Assembly (NCBI RefSeq): GCF_963921235.1
Contig: NC_086107.1
Location: 102,550,001-102,614,000 of the forward strand
DNA length: 64,000 nucleotides
From: Mobula hypostoma
Lineage: Eukaryota
Direction: 5' to 3'
Shown here: positions 1 through 10,215 of the stretch, in pieces
Numbering within the stretch: position 1 is the first letter of the stretch
Layout: every line of letters begins with the position of its first letter
Made by a program: the position numbers and the translations under genes
Notes under the pieces: model-generated
Told to the model about the DNA's origin: nothing
The model's database searches: none
Seen by the model: the letters and a program-made list of their open reading frames with translations, nothing else

Positions 1-1970
1 CTTCTGTTATTCACTTTATGCCACTATAATACTGATAATCTGACTTCAGCTTCTCCCTTTAAAATTGCAGGATGAATTCTATCATGTTATGATCATTGTC
101 TCCTTAGGGTTCCTTTACCTTAAGCTCCCCAATCAAATCCAGTTCATTACACAACACCCAATTCAAAATAACTGATTCCCTAGTGGACTCAACCACAACC
201 TGCTCTTAAAAAGCCATCATGGGGCATTCTACAATTTCTCTTTCTTGGGATCCAGCACCAACCTGATTTTCCTCAATCTACCTACATATTGAAATCCCCC
301 ATGACCATTGTAACATTGTTCTTTTGACATGCTCTTTCTATCTCCATTTGCAATTTGCAGTCCACATCCTGGCAACTGTTCAGAGGCCCAGCAAGGTCAT
401 TTTACCCTTGTAGTTTCTTAACTCTATCCACAAGGATTCCACATCTTCTGATCCTATGTCACCTCTTTCTAAGGATTTGATATAATTTTTTAACCAACAG
501 AGCCACACCACCCGCTCGGCATACCTGCCTGTCCTTTCAATACAATCTTAAGCTCCAAACTATTATCTTCTTTCAGCTAAGACTTCGTGATGCCCACAAC
601 ATCATACCTGCCAATCTCTAACTGCACTACAAGATCATCTCCTTATTCGGTATACTGCATGCATTCAAATTTAACACATTCAGTCCTGTATTCATCCCCC
701 ATTTTGATTTCGTCTCCCTTTTACACTGCAAGTTATCACACTGCCTGCAATTTTGCCTTATCATCAGCCTGTCCTTTTTGACATTTTCACTACACACTGC
801 CTTTACTTGTAAACCGACAGCCCTATCCTCAGCCCTATGAATCCCAGTTCCCATCCCCTTGACAGTTAGCTTAGGACTTCTCAAACGGCTCTACCAAGCC
901 TACCTGAAAGGATATTGGTGCCCCATGGGTTCAGGTGTAACCTATCCCTTTTGTAGAGGTCGTACCTTCCCCCAGAAGAGATCCCAATGATCCAGAAATC
1001 TGAAACCCTGCCCCCGAACCAGTTTCTCGGCCATGTGTTCATCCACAAATTCATTCTATTCTATACCGGCAATGTGGCACAGGCAGCAATCCAAAGATTG
1101 CTACTTTGGAGGTCCTGCTTTTCAGCTTTCTACCTAGCTCCTTAAATCCTCTCTTCAGGACCTCCTCACTTTTCCCATGCAGTTGTTGCCAATATTTACC
1201 GAGACTTCTGGCTGCTCACCCTCCTCTAGAACGTTGTAGACCCGATCCGAGGCATCCCTGACCCTGGCACCTGGGAGGACACATGCCATCCGGGTGTCTC
1301 GATCGCAACCCACAGAATCTGGTGTCTATCCCTCCAAGTATGGAATCCCCTGTCACTACTGCAGACCAGTACTGCCCCTTTCCCTTCTGAGCCACAGTGC
1401 CAGACTCAGTCGCTGTGGTTCTCCCACCCCCCCACGCCGTAGGTCACCCCCTCAACGGTATCCAAAACGGTACATTATTGAGGGGAACGGACACAAGGGT
1501 ACTCTGTACTGGCCGCCCATTTCTCTTCCCTCTCCTGACAGCCAGCCTCCTACAACTTGGGGCTCACCACCTCCCTGTAGCTCCTGGCTATCACCCCCTC
1601 AGTTTCTGTATAAGCCGAAGGTCATCGAGCTGTAGTTCCAGTTCCTTAACATGTCCTCTGAGACACTGCACCTGGTGCGGGCATGGTCATCCAGGAGGCT
1701 GGAGGTCTCCCACATCTCATGCAAAGACTCACAACACAGCCCCGGAGCCACTCTCACCGCTTTAACTATGCACTTACAGAAAGAGTGGAGAAGAAAGAAG
1801 AAGGAACTCGCCAGATGCTTACCTCGTCCAAGTTTGTTCTCGCCGAAGCCTGATGAGCCAAAGCTTCCCCACTCTAACACTGGTCCACTCACACAATGGC
1901 CGCTCCCCTTGTCCCTGCCTTACTTTTATTTACTCAAGCTGAAATCCTACGAAAGTTCTTTTTAAAAATT
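1..1970 (-). mobile_element. Decayed CR1-type LINE, 5' part (ORF1 esterase-like region and ORF2 endonuclease)
   Basis: Minus strand reads GQGFRFLDHWDLFWG..YDLYKRDRLHLN and VMGDFN-type endonuclease motifs with stops/frameshifts; paralogous to 21495-23295 and 25410-25990. Confidence 0.8.
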
Positions 1971-3808
1971 TCTCGCTCCCGGACCCGCTCGAGTCCTCCT
2001 CTGCGATTGCACTACCACAAAATACGCACTCGGTCTTCTCCCCACTATCGGGGAAATCAAGAATTAGAGGGGAAAAATTAATATGAACCTGACAGTTATC
2101 TTTCTTATGCAAAGGCTGGTATTTATGTGGAATAGGCTGCCGAGGGATGCAGTTGAGGCAGGTACAATAACAATTTTTAAAAGACAGTTGGACAGATACG
2201 GTATGTAGATAAGTACTTTTCCTATGTTCAGCATCTTTCCAAATTGAACAACATTTTCCCATCATTAACCCAGTACCATAACTAATTTCTACACACTGTT
2301 ATATCCTGGTGTTACTTAAAAACTTGCAGGACGTTTTCCAAATGCCAACCTCCTGAGCATTAATTAAGTTGGTAAAGAACAACTGATCCAGCTGCAAGCC
2401 GTGTGGACCAGTTTTTCAAGAAGCCATAGAAACAGACCCTTCGGCCCAAATGGTCTGTGCCAACCAACATGCCCCACCAAGTTGGTCCCATTTGCCACTG
2501 TTTGGCACTTCTAGACTGAAAAATAGCTTTTTCCCCAGAGCTATAATTGCTCTGAACCAATCGATCAAGCATCATCCATAAATTGTTATATTGCTACTTT
2601 AATACTGGTTTTATGACTGTCATGCATCTGAGTTGTGCTTTTGTACTGCTGGACATTCCTTGTACTGGCGGGTTACTTGATGTTATTTATTGTTTATTTT
2701 ATTTGTTGTTTTATAGCATTCAGTACGAGAGTTGCAAACTCATTTTCGCTGTATTGGTGCATGACAAATTGTACTATGCAATGACAATAAAGATATTTCA
2801 TTTTCATGTCATAACCTTCTAAACCTTTCCCGTCTACATACTGTAAGGTCACCTTTCAGTCTCTTATACCAAGGAATAAAGCCCTAGCCTGCTCAATCTC
2901 TCCCTATAACTCAGTCCCTTCTCATAAATCTTTTCTGTTTCTTTCCAGTTTAGTAATGTATTTCCTTTAGCAAGGCTGACCAAAGCTGAACGCAATGTCT
3001 CAAGTGTGGCCTCAGCGGTAGTTTGTACAAACACACCATAACAGCCCAACTTTTATAGTCAGTGTTCTGGCTGAAGACCAGTGCGCCAAACAGTTTCTGC
3101 TCCACTTGCAGGCACTCGAGCTCCAAGGTCCCTCTGTTCTACAACACTCTCCAGCTCACTGTGAAAGCCCTACTTTGATCTCACTTTACAACCCCGCACA
3201 CTTAGCTAAATTAAACTCCATTTGCCGTTCCTTGGCCCACTTACTCGGCAGAGATCCAAAGCTGCTTCCTGCTTGCAGGCTTCCAGTTCGAGATATCATC
3301 AATGATACTGAAAGTTTCCATCTGGCCTCCCCTTTGCCCAAATACTGGACAGACAGAGCTCCTCTGTGTTGGAGTTGCTGTAGCTGAGTAGGTGCTGTTA
3401 GTGGGTGTGAACTTGTCCCAATGTTTGCTGTTGTCTTGAACTCCCTCTCCTTCTACCAGTCTTTCTTTCCCCTCTTCTTTTCACTAACTTCGGGGATTTT
3501 CTGATTAAAGCTGAGGAGGGATGGTTGGAAGTGAGATTGTGGATGGTGGATAAGCCACGATAGGGGCTGTTAACAGTTCTCCCATCATAGAATTTACACT
3601 AGAGCGCAAAGGACAATGAAAACGTCTCAGAACCGGGCCCTAATAGGCAAGACACTGTAAAAGGCTCTGAACTCTAAGCCAAGATCTGTTCATAGCTTAC
3701 TTCTACACCATTTGAATCAAGTGGACAGCTGTATTTTCCTTTCAACAGAGGAATTTTTACACCAATTAATTGGGCGTCCTTTTATTTCTTTCTCCTCCCC
3801 TGCCTCAG

Positions 3809-4407
3809 GTGTGTTTTCCTCCTTGGTAAACCTGAACGTTCTTGACCTTAGTAACAACCGTCTCACCACTGTGCTAAACTTTACTTTCAAGAGCCTTTCA
3901 GCACTGCGATGGCTACTGCTCAGTAATAACCGCATCACTACCATCTCGTCAAAGGCCTTCTCTGGCAACAGAGTGCTCAGGAAGCTTTGCCTTGACAACA
4001 ACAACCTGACCTCTGTGCGGTTCCGTGGCCTGAAGAGACTAGAAATCCTGCAGCTTAGCAACAACAACATGTCCAGTTTGAAGTCTATCATCTTTGAAGC
4101 AAAGTTGAAGTTCCTGTCACAGCTTTACTTGGACAACGCACTTCTGGATGAAGACCCTGCCCAGGCCCTTTCCAAGCTCCGAAAGCTGGAGATTCTGAGC
4201 GTGAGGAACAACCGCCTGGTGACCCTTTCCAACACCAGGTCCTTCAAGTCCGTCAGGCAGTTCCGGCTGAGCGGGAATACCTGGCGGTGTGACTGCAAGC
4301 TGATCTGGCTCCGAGCGTGGCTTCTGAAGCAGAGGGAGGCAGACCAGAGGGAGGTCATGTGCAGCTCGCCCAGTCCACATGCAGGGAAACTTCTGGTCAA
4401 TGTACAG
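3809..4407 (+). CDS. Internal exon of an LRR-FN3 transmembrane gene: chondroadherin-like LRRs plus most of the LRRCT cap
   Basis: Pyrimidine tract + CAG acceptor ending at 3808 (phase 1) and CAG|GTAAAA donor at 4408 (phase 0). Open frame with LxxLxLxxN repeats and GNTWRCDCKLIWLRAWL...CSSP. Upstream exons are not visible in the window. Confidence 0.9.
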
Positions 4408-4612
4408 GTAAAAGAAAACCTTAATGATTATTCAGTATACAGCCAGTTCCCTCCAAACACAATGCAGCCAATGAGATCCTACTGTAAAGTGGGAAATATA
4501 TCAGCTAGACTGTGCTCATTGTGTCCACAAGTAATCTGTTCCATTGATGTATACTAGAGGATGTATGTTGTTCTTGGGGTAATAATCTCAAGGTAGAATA
4601 TGGCAACATATA

Positions 4613-4918
4613 TGTAGGCATCCGTTAGTCTTGTGAGACCATGGATTTGTGCCTTGGAAGATTTCCAGGGTGCAGGCCTGGGCAAGGTTGTATGGAAGAC
4701 TGGCAATTGCCCATGCTGCAAGTCTCCCCTCTCCACGCCACCGATGTTGTCCAAGGGAAGGGCATTAGGGCCGATACAGCTTGGCACCGGTGTTGTCGCA
4801 GAGCAATGTGTGGTTAAGTGCCTTGCTCAAGGACACAACACGTTGCCTCAGCTGAGGCTCGAACTAGCGACCTTCAGATCACTAGACCGACACCTTAACC
4901 ACTTGGCCATGTGCCAAC
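4613..4918 (-). mobile_element. tRNA-derived SINE with CORE-like segment (tail type A), full length
   Basis: A box TGGCCAAGTGG, B box GTTCGAGCC, GTGTCCTTGAGCAAGGCACTTAACC; flanked by ATGGCAACATATA / ATGGTAACGTATA. Confidence 0.85.
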
Positions 4919-4930
4919 ATGGTAACGTAT

Positions 4931-5037
4931 AACACAAACAAAATGCTGGTGGAACGTGGCAGGCCAGGCAGCATTCCACCAGCATTTTGAGTGTGTTGCT
5001 TGAATTTCCAGCATCTGGAGATTTCCTCGTGTTTGCG
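4931..5037. mobile_element. Short Penelope-derived fold-back insert
   Basis: CAAAATGCTGGTGGAA...TTCCACCAGCATTTTG inverted repeat; shares sequence with 5280-5411 and 11389-11500; flanked by direct repeats. Confidence 0.7.
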
Positions 5038-5279
5038 ATGGTAACATATACATACCTTAGTAATAAAAGTACATTGGTTTTGACTTCATGAATAACTAAC
5101 CTCTTCCCGCCTGGGAAGGAAAATGGGGCCTCATTAGAATTCACTCCAAAACATAGTCCACAGAGCAGCACTCTCTGTGTTGCAGTAGGAGTATCAGATT
5201 TTACGGCAAGGGGTTAGCAGAAAAAGAACTGAATCCACAAGCTTCAGGGTCTGAGACCAAAATGCCAACATTGAATCAC

Positions 5280-5411
5280 AAACAGGAGAAAATCTGCAGG
5301 CGCTGGAAATCCAAGCAACACACACAAAATGCTGGAGGAACTCAGCAGGCCAGGCAGCATCTATGGAAAAGAGTACAGTTGACGTTTCAGGCCGAGACCC
5401 TTTGGCAGGAC
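5280..5411 (-). mobile_element. Short Penelope-derived insert with degenerate hammerhead motif
   Basis: Same family as 11389-11500; core mutated to CTGCCAA; flanked by TTGAATCAC / TTGAGTCAC. Confidence 0.75.
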
Positions 5412-5828
5412 TTGAGTCACGTATCAGGACCTCACAAGCCATTGGAACAGGAGAAAAGATATGCTGAAAATACACAGCATCTACCCCCTCCCCACCTCCC
5501 CACCGCCCCACCAACCTCATGGTCCATCTTTTTAATTGGGATATCATTTTTACCAGATCCTTTCATGTGAATGAAAACAAAATGGCTCATAGTGATTGCT
5601 GAGCCTGTAAATAATGATTAGCGGCTCACTTTAGCCCCGTACCCAGCCATTACCACTATTTTATAATTTCCTGTCAGAGTCATCCTATACATTTTTTTAA
5701 AAAGTCAGTCAGGAGCCTTGTGGCCCATCAGGCCAGTGCTTATGCCAGTTTCCGTGGCGTGAAGCAACTGAGAGTACAAGACTCCCCCCCCCCCGGAAAG
5801 GACGCCAGTCTATCACTAGGTTAACCCC

Positions 5829-6336
5829 CATAGAACATAGAAATCTACAGCACATTACAAGCCCTTTGGTCCACAATGTTGTGCCGACCATGTAACCCAC
5901 CCAGAACCTACCTAGAAACTGCCCAGAATTTCCCTAGCATATAGCCCTCTCTTTTTCTAAGCTCCATGTACCTATCTAAGACTCTCTTAAAAGACCCTAT
6001 TGTATCCGCCTCCACCACCTTCGCTGGCAGTGCATCCCACGTACCCACCACTCTCTGTATGAAAAACATACCTCTGACATCCCCTCGGTACCTCTTTCCA
6101 AGCACCTTAAAACTATGCCCCCTCATGTTAGCCATTTCAGCCCTGGGAAAAAGCCTCTGGCTATCCACACGATCAATGCCTCTCATCATCTTGAACACCT
6201 CTATTGGGTCACCTCCCATCCTCCGTCGCTCCAAGGAGAAAAGGCCAAGTTCACTCAACCTATTCTCATAAAGTACGCCCTCCAGTCCAGGCAACATCCT
6301 TGTAAATCTCGCCTGCACCCTCTCGATAGTATCCAC
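5829..6336 (-). mobile_element. 5'-truncated CR1 LINE 3' end
   Basis: IERVQARFTRMLPGL...LFSLERRRMGGD..., ending in a (TTCTATG)n-type tail. Confidence 0.9.
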
Positions 6337-6515
6337 AGACACAGCTGAACCTAGCTTCACTTTCTGTACAATCAATGTATATACAGGCTATCTTATCAGA
6401 ATCAGGTTTAATATCACTGGGATATGTCATGAAATTTGTTGTTATTCAGTAGCAGTACAATACAATGCATAATAATAAAACTGTGAATTACAGTAACTAC
6501 ACATATTATATACAT

Positions 6516-6552
6516 ACACACACACACACACACACACACACGCATACACATA
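6516..6552. repeat. (CA)n microsatellite within the 3' end of a Rex1-like LINE (about 6398-6706, minus)
   Basis: Visible CA run; flanks resemble the 3' ends of 22080-22891 and 52875-54030. Confidence 0.8.
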
Positions 6553-6919
6553 CAGTATATTAGTTAAAATAAATTAGAGAAAGTGAGGTAGTGTTCATGG
6601 GTTCAATGTCCAGTGAGAAATTGGTTGGCAGAGGGGAAGAAGCTGTTCCTGAATCAATGAGTGTGTGCCTTCAGGCTCCTGTACCTCCTCCCTGATGGTA
6701 GCAATGAATTACAAAGGGACCTTGATCAGTTAGGGAGGTTGGCTGAAGAAAGGCAAATGGATTTCAACTTGGACAACTGTGAGGTGATGCATTTTGGAGT
6801 TCAAAGCAGGGCAAGAGTCGTACAATGAATGACAGGACGTTAACAAGGGCTGTGGAACGGAGGGACCTGGGAGTACCAGAGCAGTTTGCTGGAAGTAGCC
6901 AGGCAAGGCGACAGGATGG

Positions 6920-7156
6920 TGATGCACCTTCAATTACTTCAAAAGACTGAAGTAGGGTAAATACTGAAAGGCTTTTATTCGCAGTAAAGTATGACTTCCA
7001 GCATGCTGAGTGTCTGCCCCTGGACTGAGGGGGAGGAGCAGGGCGAAATCGTCTTTATTCAGGGCTCTGTGGGAGGGGCCACAGGGGCAGTCAGCAGAGG
7101 GGCGTGTCCAAACAGGTAACCCAGTTACAACATATATATATATATGGTTTACCACA
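6920..7156 (-). mobile_element. Solo LTR (237 bp)
   Basis: Minus strand TGTGGTAAACC...AATAAA...GTGCATCA (TG...CA), with a perfect 5-bp TSD GATGG at 6915-6919 and 7157-7161. Confidence 0.85.
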
Positions 7157-7524
7157 GATGGTGAAGGAGGTGCTCAGGCTTCATTGGTCAGGGCATTCAG
7201 TAGGGTGTTAGGTAGCTGTTTGTATTTTTCATTGGTGAGGCTGCGCTGGGAAGACTGCGTACAGTTTTGGTCACACTGTTGCGTGAAGGACATCGTCAGG
7301 CTGAAGAGAGCACAAGAAAAGATTTGATGGTGCTACCTGGACTTGAGGGCCCGAGTTGTAGGGAGACACTGGCCCACACTGTATCTTTAAACTTGGAGCT
7401 AGGAGATTGAAGGGTGACCTTACAGAGGTTTATAAAATCATGAGGGGTATCGAGAAGGTGGGCAGACTTAGTCTTTTCCTCAGCATTGGGGAATACAAAA
7501 CCAGAAGGCACAGATAGAAGTAGG

Positions 7525-7733
7525 TTTTTTTTAAAACAAAAGGAAGGTTCCTCCCTGCATCTAGTTTGGCGCATCAGGCAGCAAGCTTGCCGTTTGTCTC
7601 TTTTACGAGACCGAGTTGCTAGCTCAGCACTTGACCCAGCACAGATGTAAAGTGTGCAAGGAACTGACCAGAATCAAACTCAGGACCACCCACCCCCAAG
7701 GCCAGTGCTGATGCCACTGCACCATCAGCTGGC
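7525..7733 (-). mobile_element. Short tRNA-derived SINE inserted in CR1
   Basis: Minus strand TGGTGCAGTGG (A-box-like) and GAGTTTGATTC (B-box-like); imperfect flanking repeat TAGAAGTAGG / TAGATGCAGG. Confidence 0.6.
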
Positions 7734-8826
7734 TAGATGCAGGTAGGGAAAGATTTAAAAGAGACCTGAGAGGCAAATTCTTTATACAGGGTAACGAGTA
7801 CCTGGAATATGCTGCTAGAGGAAGTGGTTGAAGTGGGTACAATGCAAGATTTGAAGAGACATTTTGATAGTACATGGAGAGTATGGGCTTGGAGGGTTAT
7901 GGACTGAATGCAGGCACCAGAGACTAGCAGAGGGAATGCAGTGAGGGGCATGGACAGTTGGTCTAAAGAGCTGGTTTCAATGAAGGATCAACTGTCAGAC
8001 GCGCCGGACTACTATCCGATTCAGAATAGAAGTTAAGAGAAGAGTCTACATAAATTGTGTACTCCCTAGTCTGTGCCTTGTAAGATGATTAAGATCACAG
8101 GATTTTGAAGGAAATTATAAAAGTAAACTTAATTAGGCTGATGGACTTATCTACAAGGCTCAAGGCAGACATTTAACTCATTGTGACTTTACTAATTCAT
8201 TTAAAAAATATTCTCAATTCATTACACTATTCCAGAGGAATCATACTGCTTTAATCAGGAGTGCCTGGAGTTCGTCTCTTTCATTCTTAATAGACATTGA
8301 CTGAGTTAATTGACTTTGCTGTTCAAGACACCACTTACCGTGAACGTAGTTGTGTGGGTAGAGCTACCCCAACTCATTAGCTGGCCAGCGCTCTCAACGG
8401 GCGCGTGTAATTTTCTTCTGTCAGATCTGCAATTCCGTGCTAAGGCTAATCTTTTTTTGAAGGTGGTGGTGAGACACCTTTTTGAACAGTCTGAAGGCCC
8501 ACAAAGTTATTGGTTTGGAATTTCAGGATTAAATTCAATATCCATGAAGTATCAGCAACATGTTTGTTGGACAGTTTATCGCTCAAAAGTAGAAGAGGAC
8601 TCAGAGACAGTGGCTATTGGATTTGTCCGCCCAATTAAAGATGAGTAAATGTTATTGAAGTGTCTTTAGTGAATTCCTGAAGTACTTTGTGAATGGCACA
8701 CAGTATAAATCAGTGCCGAAACATGGAGTAACAATTTAAAGTGGATAAGCGTACAGTAACAAAGCCTATCTTGTACTGAATACCCTATACATGTAGTTAA
8801 TTTAATAACTGTGTTCTCATCCACAG

Positions 8827-9657
8827 CCACAGCTTCTGACTTGTCCTCCATACAGTTTTGAAGTCACTACCATTCCACCGCTAACAGCCAAGAATAAAAC
8901 TCACACTTCAAGTGGTCCTCCTCTCCAAGGAACTGATCAGGCCCCACCATCAAAGCTTAGCAGCAAGCAGATAACCACAAGGGCTAATACTATGGAAAGG
9001 GCCAACTCTGTAAACCCGGACCTGTGCCTCTCACACCGCATCAAAGAGGTCACTATAAGCGACGTGACCTCAAGCTCCCTGCTGGTGAACTGGGATATTC
9101 TGAAGGACATGGGTGATGAGTATGAGGTTCGCTACAGTACTGCTACACAAGTGCAAAGCCTTCACATGATTGGGGGGGTTAGAGAAGTGGAGCTGAACCA
9201 ACTCAGTCCCGGAACAGTTTATAAAATCTGTGTGATCCCTCAGAGTGTGAACATCAATGAATGTCATCAGCCCGCCTCCAATCAGTGCTCTGAAGCACAT
9301 ACTTCAGGATCAATAGGAAATACAGATAAGAGTACATTAGTTGGAGGTGTCACTGTGATCGTTATTCTATTAATTACCGTCGCTTTAATTGCTGCCTTCA
9401 AACTGAAGTCAAGGCACGCAGGCTTCCAGAGACATTATGATGACGATGCATCCACATGTATTGAACACATTGAAACAGAAGAAAGCAAGGTGGATTTTGA
9501 TCATATTAACAGTGCGTTTGAAGAAGTCACTGACGACAACAATGGGTATTTTTCACATTTGGCTCAAAGTCCAAAGGTCCAGGATGTGTGCACAGTGGAT
9601 TGCTATGTAGCCCCTGAAGCCAAGTTTGGGCCATCTTTAAGCAATGACATCTTGTAA
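8827..9657 (+). CDS. Terminal exon of the same gene: last LRRCT Cys, T/S/P-rich stalk, FN3, TM helix, acidic cytoplasmic tail
   Basis: Acceptor ttctcatccacag at 8826 is in phase 0 with the 4407 donor and gives GKLLVNVQ|PQLLTCP, completing the LRRCT. FN3 motifs (VTSSSLLVNW; LNQLSPGTVYKICV), hydrophobic LVGGVTVIVILLITVALIAAF followed by KLKSR, stop TAA at 9655-9657. Confidence 0.88.
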   Translation, partial: PQLLTCPPYSFEVTTIPPLTAKNKTHTSSGPPLQGTDQAPPSKLSSKQITTRANTMERANSVNPDLCLSHRIKEVTISDVTSSSLLVNWDILKDMGDEYEVRYSTATQVQSLHMIGGVREVELNQLSPGTVYKICVIPQSVNINECHQPASNQCSEAHTSGSIGNTDKSTLVGGVTVIVILLITVALIAAFKLKSRHAGFQRHYDDDASTCIEHIETEESKVDFDHINSAFEEVTDDNNGYFSHLAQSPKVQDVCTVDCYVAPEAKFGPSLSNDIL

Positions 9658-9939
9658 CACAGTGCCGGCCTGACATCACTGATGCATTGCAGGCAAGGTG
9701 CAAGTCCCCTGATTCGAAATGAACTCACATACCTTTGAAAGGAATAAGGCATCTTCATTAAAATATCAAAGTCATTTAATCCTTTCTGAACTGTATCAAC
9801 ATTTACTTGTGCATTGCCTCCTTTTACAGAGAAATCATTTGAAGAGGGGAGAAATGAGTCAAGAAGATATTGAGCTTTCACTGCAATTAAACTATTAAGT
9901 GTTTCCTGGCCAGGTTTTATCCTTAAATACAAATCATGT

Positions 9940-10070
9940 AATCATCCTCTCATTGTCTGGAGATGCTTACCACGTGCAAATTGACTGCCATTTTTCCTGA
10001 ATGTGTTTGGCTGTGAAACACTTTGGGATATCCCGAGGTTGCAACAGTAGCTGTATATATGCAAGTTCAG
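9940..10070 (+). mobile_element. Old DeuSINE-like (SacSINE1/AmnSINE1-type) tail remnant
   Basis: gtgcaaattgactgcc...ggctgtgaaacactttgggatatcccgaggttg...tatatatgcaagt matches my recollection of that consensus. Confidence 0.6.
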
Positions 10071-10209
10071 CCATCTTTATTTGTGTTTTTGCTCTTTACA
10101 TAGATTTAATCGTTTGGCAATGAGACATGGAAGCCATCTGGGATTAGTCTCTGAAGTGACCAACTGGGCACTGAGGATTTGCAATGTGACAACGTGTTAT
10201 ATTTCCAAA

Positions 10210-10215
10210 AATAAA
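10210..10215 (+). promoter_or_regulatory. Candidate polyadenylation signal of the LRR-FN3-TM gene
   Basis: AATAAA about 550 nt after the stop; an ATTAAA near 9885 is an alternative. Confidence 0.4.

Larger units (their letters stand above)
6712..7980 (+). mobile_element. Decayed CR1 ORF2 3' portion hosting a solo LTR and a short SINE
   Basis: Degenerate WQMDFN..KCEVMHFG and YCVQFWSP-like motifs, interrupted at 6920-7156 and about 7525-7733. Confidence 0.75.

Noticed and set aside
1294..2081. Cluster of overlapping ORFs
   Set aside because: Alternative frames of a decayed CR1 5' region.
3712..4557. 281-aa single-exon ORF from the ORF track
   Set aside because: Begins at TTG and includes intronic sequence on both sides; splice sites delimit the real exon at 3809-4407.
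4845..4918. tRNA genes here and at about 12335-12410
   Set aside because: A/B boxes run into SINE bodies with TSDs; no convincing acceptor stem.
8992..9657. Standalone 221-aa FN3-TM gene
   Set aside because: No signal peptide; the frame is open back to the acceptor at 8826 and supplies the missing LRRCT cysteine.
3809..9657. Assigning the symbol CHADL, VASN or TRIL
   Set aside because: CHADL lacks FN3/TM, vasorin has an EGF domain not seen here, and orthology cannot be established without a search.
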